Source of the DNA: Candidatus Zixiibacteriota bacterium
Lineage (GTDB): Bacteria > Zixibacteria > MSB-5A5 > WJJR01
DNA: 64,000 nucleotides
Assembly (NCBI GenBank): GCA_040752595.1
Contig: JBFMGX010000004.1
Location: forward strand, 91,440 to 155,439
Reading direction: 5' to 3'
Each line of letters opens with the position of its first letter. The first letter of the stretch is position 1. Below are positions 27,446-37,576 of the stretch, one piece after another. The translations under genes and the position numbers were made by a program. The notes under the pieces were generated by a model. That model searched no databases. It saw only the letters and a list, made by a program, of their open reading frames with translations, and was not told the DNA's origin.

Positions 27446-29581
27446 ATGCGCAGGGTCGGCGGGGGCAGGAAGATCAGTCTGGCGGTGACGTTTGCGCGTC
27501 GTCGCCGGTTGTTGCTGGCGATCGCCGCCTGCGTGTGGACCGTCGTCTGGGTGCGCACCCTGCAGTTGCAGGTGCTGAGCAATCGCGAGCTGTCGTTGTT
27601 GTCGCTGGGGCAGAGCGATCGTCGCGTGCGCCTGACCGCGCCGCGCGGGGAGATCATCGATCGACAGGGGCGGCTGTTGGCCATCAATGTGGCCGTCCGC
27701 TCCTACTTTGCCTACCCCGACCGCGAGTCTTCCCTCGATGTGTTGGCGCGTGCCTTTGCCCCGATCCGCGCCTGTAGCTACCGCAGCCTCACGCGTGAGT
27801 GGGCGGATCGGTCCGATCGCTTCACCTGGATGGTGCGCCGCTGCGGCATCGGCACCGCGGAGCAGATCGACCGTTGGAAGCTTCCTGGCGTCTATCCCAC
27901 GTGGGAGTACGAGCGCGCCCATCCGATCGCTCTCCCGGGCATCGGTGGTCCTCTGGGTTTCGTCAATGACAGTATGGCGGGTGCCGCCGGCCTGGAGGCC
28001 TATTACAACGACGTCCTCGCCGGTCGCGATGGGGAAGGGTGCTTTCTCGCCGATGCCAATGGGCGACGCTTCGTCCTCGACCCAGTGGCAGGATTTCCTC
28101 CCGTCCCCGGTGCCCGACTACGCCTTTGCCTCGATGCCCGCTGGCAATCAATTCTCGCTGAGGAACTGGCCGGTGCCGTCGACAAATGGCGCGCCAAGTC
28201 CGGCATGGCCCTTTTGATGGATCCCTTCACCGGCGGGATCCTTGCGATGGCCGATGTCGATCCCGCCCGTCCCAAGGACAAGCCGATCCTCAAAAGCCGT
28301 CTCGTCTCCGATGTTTTTGAACCGGGCTCGACGTTCAAGGTCGTGCCGTTCGCCGCGGCACTCTCAGATGGCGTCGTCTACCCCGGCCGCCACTTCGATG
28401 GCGGCATGGGGGCCGGTGTCTTCTCGGGACGCACCATCCGCGACGACAAGCGCCATGGCGTCATTCCCGTCTCCGAGGCGTTCATGGTGTCGAGCAACGT
28501 CATCACCGGGCGTATCGCCAACCGGCTGGAGCCGGGGCGGCTCGATTTCTGGGCGCGCCGCTTTGGTTTCGGCGAAAAGACCGGCATTGATCTGCCCGCC
28601 GAATCGCAGGGGCGGATTGCCCGGCAGAAGCACTCCGAGTTCAATGTCGCCACGCGCTCGATCGGCCACGGCATTTCCGTAACGCCTCTGCAATTGGCCG
28701 CCGCCTACGCGGCGGTGGCCAATGGCGGCTACCTCGTGCGGCCTCACCTGGTCGCGGCCACCGAATCCGCCGATGGGGACGTGCGGCCCACGCCGATCGA
28801 GGCGCACCGGATTCTGCGCCCCGAGGTGGCCTCTCTGCTCGCCGACTTCATGCGCGGTGTCGTGCGCGAGGGGACCGCCAGGACGATTTCCGATTCGCTC
28901 TATCCCATCGCCGGCAAGACAGGAACCGCGGAAAAGCCGAACCCGGTCACCGGCTCTTACGACAAGAACAAGTTCATGGCGTCGTTCGTGGGTTTCTATC
29001 CGGCCGATCGCCCGCGCGTGTTGGGCTTGGTCGTCCTCGATGAGCCGGAGCCGATCCACTATGGCGGTTTCACCGCGGCCCCGGTGCTGCTGAATACCAT
29101 CCGCCGCGCCGCCGCCTCCGGGGAGGTGCCGACCGATGATCGTGTTCTCTACTGTGTTGATCGCGAGGACTCCGCAGGTCGTCAGTCCGGCGGCTGGTCG
29201 CGGCGCCTCATCGACGCCGTCGGGCCGCTGATCGCCACGGCGGAGGCACGCGACTCCCAGGCCGACCTGGCGGACACGCCCGCGACCACGGGTGAACTGG
29301 AACTCGATCCCCCGGCAGCGGGTCCAAGTGCTTGGGACCACTGGTTGGCGTGCGCCTCATCCATGTCGTCGGCCGGATCGACGGCCAGGCCGCTGCCGGG
29401 CGATTCCGCAGGACCGTTGTGGCCCGATGTCCGGGGACTGCCGCTGCGCAGTGCCCTCAACGTGCTGCGCGAGCTGGGCGCCAAAATCGAGATCGCCGGG
29501 AAGGGTCAGGTCGCTCTTCAGGAGCCCGCTCCCGACGTTGCCATTGGAGAGGACCGCAGATGCCGGTTGACGCTACGATGA
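27446..29581 (+). CDS. ftsI: Peptidoglycan D,D-transpeptidase FtsI (PBP3) with C-terminal PASTA domain.
   Basis: An N-terminal TM helix precedes STFK (SxxK), SSN and KTGTA motifs. The C-terminal region …GLPLRSALNVLRELGAKIEIAGKGQV… is a PASTA domain. Confidence 0.9.
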   Translation: MRRVGGGRKISLAVTFARRRRLLLAIAACVWTVVWVRTLQLQVLSNRELSLLSLGQSDRRVRLTAPRGEIIDRQGRLLAINVAVRSYFAYPDRESSLDVLARAFAPIRACSYRSLTREWADRSDRFTWMVRRCGIGTAEQIDRWKLPGVYPTWEYERAHPIALPGIGGPLGFVNDSMAGAAGLEAYYNDVLAGRDGEGCFLADANGRRFVLDPVAGFPPVPGARLRLCLDARWQSILAEELAGAVDKWRAKSGMALLMDPFTGGILAMADVDPARPKDKPILKSRLVSDVFEPGSTFKVVPFAAALSDGVVYPGRHFDGGMGAGVFSGRTIRDDKRHGVIPVSEAFMVSSNVITGRIANRLEPGRLDFWARRFGFGEKTGIDLPAESQGRIARQKHSEFNVATRSIGHGISVTPLQLAAAYAAVANGGYLVRPHLVAATESADGDVRPTPIEAHRILRPEVASLLADFMRGVVREGTARTISDSLYPIAGKTGTAEKPNPVTGSYDKNKFMASFVGFYPADRPRVLGLVVLDEPEPIHYGGFTAAPVLLNTIRRAAASGEVPTDDRVLYCVDREDSAGRQSGGWSRRLIDAVGPLIATAEARDSQADLADTPATTGELELDPPAAGPSAWDHWLACASSMSSAGSTARPLPGDSAGPLWPDVRGLPLRSALNVLRELGAKIEIAGKGQVALQEPAPDVAIGEDRRCRLTLR

Positions 29582-31092
29582 ACTCTCCGGCCCACACACG
29601 GGCGCTGTCGGGTTTGCTTCCCGACCTTCCCGGTGGATATGGCGAGGTACGGGTCAGTGGAATTGCCTATGATTCGCGCGTCGTCAAGCCCGGGGATTTG
29701 TTCTTCGCTCTGCCGGGAGCGAAGACCGATGGTGCGCAGTTTGCTCGTGATGCCGTCGCCAATGGCGCCTCGGCCGTCGTGGCGACGGCGGATCTCGGCC
29801 TTCCCGTGCCCTGCATCGTCGCCGACAATCCCCGCCGTCTGATGGCAGAGGTGTCACATCGGTTCTTTGGGCATCCGGATCGAGCCCTCGACGTGATCGG
29901 TGTCGTCGGCACCAACGGCAAGTCGACCGTCGCGGCTGGGCTGCAGACGGTCTGGGAGTCGGCCGGTGTGGCGGCGGGGCTGCTTGGCACGGTCACCTAT
30001 CGCTGGGGAGCCGAGTCACACCCCGCGGAACGCACCACGCCGGAAGCCCCCGATCTCGATCGATTCTTGTCGCGGATGCGCGCCGACGGCGTACGGACCG
30101 TGGCGATGGAAGTCTCATCGCATGCCATCGCCCTCGACCGCGTGTGGGGACTGCATTTCCGTGGCGGTGTCTTCACCAATCTCACGCGCGATCACCTCGA
30201 TTTTCACAAGACCTTCGCCGACTACCGCGACACGAAGAAACGCTTTTTCGAGCGGCTGACTGCACCGACATCGTTCGCCGCGATCAATCTCGATGATCCG
30301 GTGTCCGGGGAATTCGCGCTGGCAGCGGCCGCGGCGCGTGTGATCCGTTATGCCGGCACCCGTGATGATGCCGACGTCCATCTGGACGTCCAGGCACACG
30401 ACTTGACCGGGACACGCGGGCGTTTGGTGATCGACGGCGAATCGTGGCCGCTTGCGTCCCCCTTGTGGGGACGGTTCAATCATGCCAATCTCGCCGCGAT
30501 CGCGGCGGCGGCGCACGCCACCGGCGTCCCGGGTGCGACGATCGCCGCCGCCATGGCGACGTTCCATGGCATCTCCGGACGCACCGAGCGTGTTCCTTCG
30601 AGCGCGCCGTTTCCGGTCTTCGTCGACTATGCCCACACGCCCGATGCGCTCGATGCGGTTCTCTCGTCGGCACGACCGCTGGTGCGCGGACGGCTGCTTG
30701 TGCTCTTCGGCTGCGGCGGTGACCGCGACCGCGGTAAGCGTCCGGAGATGGCGCACGCCGTCGAGCAGTGGGCCGATCGCATTTACCTCACCTCCGACAA
30801 TCCCCGTTCCGAGGATCCGGAGGCGATTATCTCCGATGTGAAAAAGGGGTTTGCACCGGGGATTTGGGAGTCCCATGTGTGGTGCGACCCCGATCGCGCC
30901 CGTGCCATCGCCCGTGTGGTGGCCGATGCAAAAGCCGGCGATGCGGTCTTTCTGTGCGGGAAAGGCCACGAGCAAGAGCAGGAAATCGCCGGCGTTCGGC
31001 ATCGGTTCTCCGACCGGGATCAGGCGGCCGAGGCGTTGGCGGCAGCAGGGTACACGCCGCCGGTCTCTCCCCCCGGGGGGGGTGGGAGGTAA
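29578..31092 (+). CDS. murE: UDP-N-acetylmuramoyl-L-alanyl-D-glutamate--2,6-diaminopimelate ligase.
   Basis: The P-loop GTNGKST and the DNPRSEDP motif typical of meso-DAP-adding MurE are present. The ATG overlaps the ftsI stop as ATGA. The upstream 82 codons of the six-frame ORF are an extension in the ftsI coding region. Confidence 0.9.
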   Translation: MNSPAHTRALSGLLPDLPGGYGEVRVSGIAYDSRVVKPGDLFFALPGAKTDGAQFARDAVANGASAVVATADLGLPVPCIVADNPRRLMAEVSHRFFGHPDRALDVIGVVGTNGKSTVAAGLQTVWESAGVAAGLLGTVTYRWGAESHPAERTTPEAPDLDRFLSRMRADGVRTVAMEVSSHAIALDRVWGLHFRGGVFTNLTRDHLDFHKTFADYRDTKKRFFERLTAPTSFAAINLDDPVSGEFALAAAAARVIRYAGTRDDADVHLDVQAHDLTGTRGRLVIDGESWPLASPLWGRFNHANLAAIAAAAHATGVPGATIAAAMATFHGISGRTERVPSSAPFPVFVDYAHTPDALDAVLSSARPLVRGRLLVLFGCGGDRDRGKRPEMAHAVEQWADRIYLTSDNPRSEDPEAIISDVKKGFAPGIWESHVWCDPDRARAIARVVADAKAGDAVFLCGKGHEQEQEIAGVRHRFSDRDQAAEALAAAGYTPPVSPPGGGGR

Positions 31093-31180
31093 CCCGCTCG
31101 GCGGTGGGTCCAGGGGGGGATCCATCGCCGAGTCGAAGATTTCCGCGCCCTTGGGCGCGTGGCGATAGAATCGAACGCAC

Positions 31181-32581
31181 GTGATTCGGATGAGCGCCGA
31201 GACGGCCTGTCAGGTGATGGGGGGTGTGCTCGCGAACGCCGCGCTGTCGAAGCGACGCTGGCGCGGCGTCTCCGTCGACACGCGCACGCTGCACCCCGGC
31301 AATGCCTTCTTCTGTCTGCAGGGCGAGAACAGTGATGGCCACCGGTTTGTATCCGCTGCCGTCAAACAGGGGGCGGGGCTCATCGTCGCCGAGCGGGGCA
31401 GAGCGCTCCGCTGGCGCAATTGGTCGTTGCCGGTGATCGGGGTGGATGATCCATTGACCGCGCTCGGCGATCTGGCGGCGGCCTATCGGGGCACCTTCTC
31501 CACCCGCTATGTCGCCGTCACCGGCTCGGTCGGGAAGACGACAACCAAGGAGCTGATCGCGGCGGTGCTATCATCCCGCGGTCGCGTTTTCAAGTCTCCC
31601 GGCAACTTCAACAACCTGATCGGCATCCCGTTGGCCATTCTGGGACATGCCTCTCCCGGTGTTTCCGCCTGCGCTCTGGGCGTGCTCGAATTCGGCATGT
31701 CCACACCCGGCGAGATCGCCCGTCTGACCCGGATCGTCGCCCCGTCATGGGGCGTCGTGACCCGTATCGGTGCGGGGCACCTGATGCAGATGAAGTCGGT
31801 GGCCGCCGTGGCGCGCGCCAAACGCGAGTTGTTCGACTACGCGTCGCCGGGATTGGCGGCGTTTCTCAACATCGATGATCCCTATCAGTGCGGTTGGATG
31901 GCGCACTGGCGGCGGCACACGGTCACCTATGGTGTTGATCGTGCCCAAGCCGCCGATTTCTTCGCCGACGAGATCACCGCGACCGCGCGCGGTCTCCGTT
32001 TCCGCGTCAATCGCCGTCACCGGTTCGAGCTGGCGTTGGCCGGTGAATACAACGTCCCCAATGCGCTGGCTGCGATTGCGGTGGGGAGGCATCTCGGCAT
32101 CACCTTCGATGCCATGATCGCATCGTTGCGTCGCGCGCGCGGCGCGGCGCATCGGTCGCGCATCGTACGCGAGGGTGGCGTGGTCGTCATTGAGGACTGC
32201 TACAACGCCAACCCGACCTCGATGCTGGCGGCCCTCGCCTCATTGACCCGATGGCCCGCGCCCGGTCGCCGCATCGCGGTCCTCGGTGCCATGCGGGAAT
32301 TGGGGGAGTCTTCGCGCCGCTGGCACCAACGCGTCGGCCGAGCCGCTGATTCCCTCGATGCCGTCGTCACCGTCGGACGGGATGCGCGCGCCTTCCATCC
32401 GCGAACGGGCCGGGCGGAGTGGCGGAATGTACCGGATCGCGGTGCGGCGGTGGCCGCCCTGCGCAAAACCCTGCGTCCCGGGGATGTCGTGTTATTGAAG
32501 GCATCGCATGCGGAGGCCTTTGAGGAGATTGCCGTCAAGCTGCGCGGGCATCTGATGCAGCGTCCGCGGCCATCACGCTGA
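31181..32581 (+). CDS. murF: UDP-N-acetylmuramoyl-tripeptide--D-alanyl-D-alanine ligase.
   Basis: The Mur ligase motifs VAVTGSVGKTTTKE and …VSVDTRTLHPGNAFFCLQGENSDGH… are present, and the gene lies between murE and mraY. Confidence 0.9.
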   Translation: MIRMSAETACQVMGGVLANAALSKRRWRGVSVDTRTLHPGNAFFCLQGENSDGHRFVSAAVKQGAGLIVAERGRALRWRNWSLPVIGVDDPLTALGDLAAAYRGTFSTRYVAVTGSVGKTTTKELIAAVLSSRGRVFKSPGNFNNLIGIPLAILGHASPGVSACALGVLEFGMSTPGEIARLTRIVAPSWGVVTRIGAGHLMQMKSVAAVARAKRELFDYASPGLAAFLNIDDPYQCGWMAHWRRHTVTYGVDRAQAADFFADEITATARGLRFRVNRRHRFELALAGEYNVPNALAAIAVGRHLGITFDAMIASLRRARGAAHRSRIVREGGVVVIEDCYNANPTSMLAALASLTRWPAPGRRIAVLGAMRELGESSRRWHQRVGRAADSLDAVVTVGRDARAFHPRTGRAEWRNVPDRGAAVAALRKTLRPGDVVLLKASHAEAFEEIAVKLRGHLMQRPRPSR

Positions 32582-32601
32582 GTCGGATCCGGAGACACGC
32601 C

Positions 32602-33690
32602 ATGTTCTACCATCTCCTCTATCCGTTGCGCGATTTCATCTCGGGGCTCAATCTCTTCCGGTATATCACGTTTCGTGCCGCCTATGCCGTCGTTACGGCG
32701 CTGGTGATCTCGATCTGGTTCGGTCCGTGGATCATCGCCATGCTCAAACGGCGTCAAATCGGCGAGAAGATCCGTCCTGAGGGACCGAAGACCCACTACG
32801 CCAAGGAGGGCACGCCGACCATGGGAGGGTTGGTCGTTCTCCTGGCTGTCCTCGTGCCGACGCTGCTTTGGGCCGATTTGACCAACCGCTACATCCAGCT
32901 CATCCTCGTCGTCACCGCCGGGATGGGCGTGATCGGGTTCATCGATGACTATTACAAAGCGGTCCGCAAACAACACAAAGGGCTGGTCGCCAAGAAGAAG
33001 CTGGCGGGACAACTGATCCTCGGTTTGGGGCTCGGGATCGCGCTCTTCACTTGGCCGCCCTCGTCTGAGTTCTCGACGACCAGCACGGACGTCCCCTTCT
33101 TCAAGAACCTGGCGCTCTATCTCGGTGTCTTTTTCATCCCCTTTGTACTGCTGGTGGTTGCGGCGACGTCGAACGCGGTCAATCTGACCGACGGGCTGGA
33201 CGGTCTGGCCATCGGGTTATGCGGGATTGCGTTCATCGCCTTCGCCGGGATCGCCTATGTCACCGGTCACGTCCAATTCTCCCGCTATCTGGCCATTACG
33301 TATTTGCCGGGAGCCGGGGAGCTGACCGTCTATTGCGCCGCGGCGTTGGGGGCGTGCCTTGGTTTTCTCTGGTTCAATGCACACCCGGCCGAGGTCTTCA
33401 TGGGCGACACCGGGGCCCTGGCGCTGGGGGGCGCGCTGGGGACGATGGCCATCCTGACCAAAAAGGAGATCCTCCTGTTGATCTTGGGAGGCGTCTTCGC
33501 GGCCGAGGCGCTGTCGGTGATTGTGCAGGTCGGGTATTTCAAGTGGACCGGCAAACGCATCTTCCGCATGGCGCCGTTGCACCACCACTTCGAGCTCCTC
33601 GGCTGGCCGGAGCCGAAGGTCGTCATTCGTTTCTGGATCATCGGCGCCATCTGTGCGCTGTTGACGTTGTCGACGCTGAAGATTCGTTGA
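32602..33690 (+). CDS. mraY: Phospho-N-acetylmuramoyl-pentapeptide transferase.
   Basis: This is a 10-TM polyprenyl-phosphate sugar transferase. Its N-terminus MFYHLLYPLRDFISGLNLFRYITFRA is characteristic of MraY. Confidence 0.95.
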   Translation: MFYHLLYPLRDFISGLNLFRYITFRAAYAVVTALVISIWFGPWIIAMLKRRQIGEKIRPEGPKTHYAKEGTPTMGGLVVLLAVLVPTLLWADLTNRYIQLILVVTAGMGVIGFIDDYYKAVRKQHKGLVAKKKLAGQLILGLGLGIALFTWPPSSEFSTTSTDVPFFKNLALYLGVFFIPFVLLVVAATSNAVNLTDGLDGLAIGLCGIAFIAFAGIAYVTGHVQFSRYLAITYLPGAGELTVYCAAALGACLGFLWFNAHPAEVFMGDTGALALGGALGTMAILTKKEILLLILGGVFAAEALSVIVQVGYFKWTGKRIFRMAPLHHHFELLGWPEPKVVIRFWIIGAICALLTLSTLKIR

Positions 33691-33747
33691 TGCCGGCAGG
33701 CGGCGGGTTCATGGCAGGGGAACCTGGTCCATCAGATTTCCGCGACG

Positions 33748-35238
33748 ATGCGAGGATTGCTTCGACAGGCACCCCAGGCGCGTAAGAAGATGCGAGTGCT
33801 TTCGACGATGAATCGTCCGCAGCGAGCGACATCCGGCAACGGCCGCACTTCATCCCCAAGACGAGTGGAGGGGGCGGCTGCGGTCGTCGTTGGGATGGCC
33901 CGGTCCGGGCTCGCGGCCACGCTGCTTCTCGCGGAGAAGAGGGCGCGCGTCTTCGTCTCCGACTCCGGCCATGCCACCGCGTTGGCCTCGGCGATCCGCG
34001 TGCTCACGGCCCGGGGGATTCCGCATGAGATCGGCGTGCATTCCATCGGCTGTCTTGAGGGTGTCGATTTCGTCGTTGTCAGCCCAGGCGTGAAGGACGA
34101 CAATCCATTGGTCATTGCGGCGCACGGCCGCGGCATCCCGATTTACTCGGAACTCGAAGTTGCCTCCTGGTTCACCACGGCGCCGATTCTGGCCGTCACC
34201 GGCGCCAATGGCAAGACGACGACGACGGCGTGGCTGGGAGCGATCTATGCCGCTGCCGGGCGCGAGGCGCAGGTCGGCGGGAACATCGGACGGGCATTCG
34301 CCGATTTCGCTCCCCTGTTGTCCGCGCACGAGCGTGCCATTCTGGAAGTCTCCAGCTTCCAGTTGGAACGCATCGAGACGTTCCGCCCGCATGTCGCTGC
34401 CGTCCTGAACATCACGCCGGACCATCTCGATCGTCATGGCTCGATGCCCGAGTACACGCGGCTGAAGTTCCGCCTTCTGGAGAACCAGACTCCTGCGGAC
34501 TGCGCCGTTCTCAATGCCGACGATCCTGTCGTCGTCACGTGGGATCGCGAGCATCATCCCGGGCACGGGCGGCGTTGGAGCTTCTCGTCGCACGAGACGC
34601 CTCCCCCCGGAGTCTGGCTGGCACATGAGCACTTGGAGTATGACACCGGTTCTGAACGCGGCATCATTCCCGGATCAGAGCGATTGATTCCGCCGGGGCA
34701 ACACAATCGCCTCAATGCCGCCGCCGCGGTGGCGGTGGCACTGGCCGATGGACTGATGCCCGAGGAGATTGCGCCGGGGTTGATCCACTTCTCCGGTTGT
34801 GAGCACCGGCTGGAGCATGTCGCGGACGTGAACGGGGTCGCCTTTGTGAATGATTCCAAGGCGACCAATCCCGACAGTGTCGCCAAGGCGATCGTCTCTT
34901 TTGAACGCCCGCTGGTCGTCATCATGGGCGGGTTGGACAAGGGGACCGACTTTTCGCCATTGGCCGATGATCTGGTCCGGCATGCCCGTGCGCTCATTCT
35001 GACCGGAAAGGCGGCACCCAAGCTTGAGGTCGAATTGGGAACGCGTCTGCCCTACCGAACCGCGCCCCGTTTTGCCGATGCCTTCGCCGCCGCGGTCGAC
35101 ACGGCGCAACCCGGGGATGTCGTTCTGCTCTCGCCGGGATGTGCCAGCTTCGACCAATTCGACAACTACGAGCACCGCGGGCGTGTGTTCAAACAACTCG
35201 TGGCCGAGCTCGCCGGCGACGCGGGAGGCGGATCATGA
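33748..35238 (+). CDS. murD: UDP-N-acetylmuramoylalanine--D-glutamate ligase.
   Basis: The Rossmann N-terminus VVVGMARSGLAATLLL and the P-loop VTGANGKTTTT are present. The start is uncertain; in-frame Met codons also lie at 33790 and 33808. Confidence 0.85.
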   Translation: MRGLLRQAPQARKKMRVLSTMNRPQRATSGNGRTSSPRRVEGAAAVVVGMARSGLAATLLLAEKRARVFVSDSGHATALASAIRVLTARGIPHEIGVHSIGCLEGVDFVVVSPGVKDDNPLVIAAHGRGIPIYSELEVASWFTTAPILAVTGANGKTTTTAWLGAIYAAAGREAQVGGNIGRAFADFAPLLSAHERAILEVSSFQLERIETFRPHVAAVLNITPDHLDRHGSMPEYTRLKFRLLENQTPADCAVLNADDPVVVTWDREHHPGHGRRWSFSSHETPPPGVWLAHEHLEYDTGSERGIIPGSERLIPPGQHNRLNAAAAVAVALADGLMPEEIAPGLIHFSGCEHRLEHVADVNGVAFVNDSKATNPDSVAKAIVSFERPLVVIMGGLDKGTDFSPLADDLVRHARALILTGKAAPKLEVELGTRLPYRTAPRFADAFAAAVDTAQPGDVVLLSPGCASFDQFDNYEHRGRVFKQLVAELAGDAGGGS

Positions 35239-36401
35239 CCGGGCCTCGTGCCCTCGCCGATGGCATTCTGGCCATGGTCAGTCCCGCCGCGCAACAGCCG
35301 GGACAAAGGCGCCGTCCCCGTGTGCCGCCCGCCGACCGGCTGATTTGGACCGCCGTGATGGCGCTGATGTCGCTCGGCACCGTGATGGTCCTGTCATCAT
35401 CGGTGATGCTTGCCGACCGCAAGTTCGGCGCGCCTGGGTTCTTCTGGACACGTCAACTACTCTGGTGGGGCTTGGCGACGCTGCTGTTGGTGATCTCCTC
35501 GCGGCTCGATCATCGCCGGTTTCGGTTCTGGGCGTTGCTGATCCTGCTGTCCGGCCTCGCGGGGTTGCTCGTTGTTCTGCTCTTGCCCCCGGTTAAGGGT
35601 GTCCATCGCTGGATCACCGTTGGTCCATTGAGTTGGCAGCCCGCCGAGGGGTTCCGGTTGGCCTTCGTTGTCTATGCCGCGGCCTTTCTGGCCAAGCGTG
35701 GGGACGAAATCGTCTGGTTCCGTCGTTGGTGGGTGTTGGTTGCCGTTCTGACGGCCGGGTCGGCTTTGCTGATGCTGCAGCCCGAGTTCTCGGCGGTCCT
35801 GACTCTATGGGCGACCGCGGGGATTCTGCTGGTCGCCGCAGGAATTCGCTGGCGGCATATTCTCCCGGCTCTGAGTATTGCCGTTGTCGCCGCTTTCGTC
35901 ATCGTCTATGGGTTCGGCTACAAGAAGTCGCGCGTCGACGACTGGCAGGCCGGACTAACCGTTGCCGATGGCTCCTATCAGGTCCGGCAATCGAAGATCG
36001 CACTCGGGTCCGGCGGCCTTCTGGGGCAGGGATTGGGACAGGGGCGCGCCAAGATGTCGTATCTTCCCGAGCCGCACACCGATTTCATTCTCTCGTCGAT
36101 CGGCGAGGAACTCGGTTTTGCCGGCGTCACGCTGGTTTGGCTGGCGTTCGGGCTCCTTGTATACCGGGGCTGGAAGGCGGCGATGCGTGCCCCCGACCGT
36201 TTCGGATACCTGCTCTGCATCGGGATCGGCGGCTCGCTGTTTGTCAACTCCGTTCTCAATGCGGCGGTGGCGACCGGGCTATCGCCTTCGACCGGGCTGC
36301 CGCTTCCCTTTGTTAGCTATGGAGGTTCTTCGTTGTTGTGTACGGCGATTGGCTGGGGCATGGTCCTCAACGTGTCGCGTTTCCGGGTGGCGTGCGGTTA
36401 G
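35235..36401 (+). CDS. ftsW: Peptidoglycan glycosyltransferase FtsW (SEDS family).
   Basis: This is a multi-TM SEDS protein (…SRVDDWQAG…PEPHTDFILSSIGEELGF…). The ATG overlaps the murD stop as ATGA. Confidence 0.85.
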   Translation: MTGPRALADGILAMVSPAAQQPGQRRRPRVPPADRLIWTAVMALMSLGTVMVLSSSVMLADRKFGAPGFFWTRQLLWWGLATLLLVISSRLDHRRFRFWALLILLSGLAGLLVVLLLPPVKGVHRWITVGPLSWQPAEGFRLAFVVYAAAFLAKRGDEIVWFRRWWVLVAVLTAGSALLMLQPEFSAVLTLWATAGILLVAAGIRWRHILPALSIAVVAAFVIVYGFGYKKSRVDDWQAGLTVADGSYQVRQSKIALGSGGLLGQGLGQGRAKMSYLPEPHTDFILSSIGEELGFAGVTLVWLAFGLLVYRGWKAAMRAPDRFGYLLCIGIGGSLFVNSVLNAAVATGLSPSTGLPLPFVSYGGSSLLCTAIGWGMVLNVSRFRVACG

Positions 36402-36458
36402 GGGCTTCGAGTGAAACAGGTCGCGTCCCAACAGGGCTTGAGGCGCAACGGCGACGGC

Positions 36459-37571
36459 ATGAGAATTCTGATGGCGGCAGGGGGAACCGGCGGACATTTG
36501 ATCCCGGCGATACGTATTGCCGAGGGAATCACCCGCCGGCAGGCGCGGGCCGAGTTTCTCTTCGCGGGATCGGATCGGGGCTTTGAGGAGAGCGTCGTGA
36601 CCGCGCGCGGGTATCGCTATGTCGGGCTACCCGCCCGCGGTCTGTCGCGCTCGCGCATCTGGCGCAACGTCGGCGCGGTCTTTGCCAATCTGCGGACGGC
36701 GCGTCTGGCGCGACGACACGTACGGGATTTTCATCCTGACGCCGCCGTCGGCTGCGGCGGTTACGCCGCGTATTTCCCCATCCATGCCTGTGCCGCCGCC
36801 GGCGTCCCCTATGTCCTGCAGGAACAGAACCGGATTCCCGGTCTGACGACACGATGGCTCGCCAAGCGGGCCGAGGTCACCTTCACCGCCTTTGCGGAAA
36901 GCCGGGACCATCTGCCCAAGGCGCGGCATGTCGAATGGGTCGGCAACCCGATCGATCCACGCCTGGCGACACTCGATCAGGCGTCAGCCCGGCGAACTTG
37001 GGGGCTGGAGGACGAGGCGCGTGTCGTTTTGATCACCGGTGGCTCGACCGGCGCGCGGGCGATCAATCGGAATGTCGCGCGCGGTCTGTCGACTCCGACC
37101 CCGGATGGTCTGATTGTTGTTTTGTGGCAGACGGGGGCGCAAGGGGCCGACTGGAACGGGAAGGCCGCAACGGGATGGACCGTGCGCCCCTTTGCCTTCA
37201 CCGACCGCATGACCGAGGCGTTTGTCGCCGCCGACCTGATCATCTCGCGGGCGGGGGCGCTGACAGTTTCGGAAATCTGCGCCGCGGGAAAGCCGGCGGT
37301 GCTGATCCCGTACCCCTTGGCGACCGCCGACCACCAGACGCACAACGCCCGTACCCTGGTCGAGGTCGGTGGCGCGATCCTGATCGAAGACAATCGTCTC
37401 GGCGATGTCTCGCTGTTGGAGTTGGCGGGGCGATTGTTGGCGGATCGCGACGGTCTCGGGCGAATGAGTGAGGCCAATCGCTCGCTGGCCCGGCCGCAGG
37501 CCGCCGACCTGATCGCCCGGCGTGTCATCGACTTGGCGTACCGTCCACACGCCGCGCGCGCACAGAGCTGA
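36459..37571 (+). CDS. murG: UDP-N-acetylglucosamine--N-acetylmuramyl-(pentapeptide) pyrophosphoryl-undecaprenol N-acetylglucosamine transferase.
   Basis: The N-terminus MRILMAAGGTGGHLIPAI is a GT28 N-terminus. The start is taken at the internal Met-17 of the ORF. Confidence 0.9.
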   Translation: MRILMAAGGTGGHLIPAIRIAEGITRRQARAEFLFAGSDRGFEESVVTARGYRYVGLPARGLSRSRIWRNVGAVFANLRTARLARRHVRDFHPDAAVGCGGYAAYFPIHACAAAGVPYVLQEQNRIPGLTTRWLAKRAEVTFTAFAESRDHLPKARHVEWVGNPIDPRLATLDQASARRTWGLEDEARVVLITGGSTGARAINRNVARGLSTPTPDGLIVVLWQTGAQGADWNGKAATGWTVRPFAFTDRMTEAFVAADLIISRAGALTVSEICAAGKPAVLIPYPLATADHQTHNARTLVEVGGAILIEDNRLGDVSLLELAGRLLADRDGLGRMSEANRSLARPQAADLIARRVIDLAYRPHAARAQS

Positions 37572-37576
37572 ACACC

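Noticed and set aside
29332-29577. N-terminal 82-codon extension of the murE six-frame ORF.
   Set aside because: The extension lies within the ftsI coding region in another frame. The ATG at 29578 forms an ATGA overlap with the ftsI stop and gives a normal MurE N-terminus.
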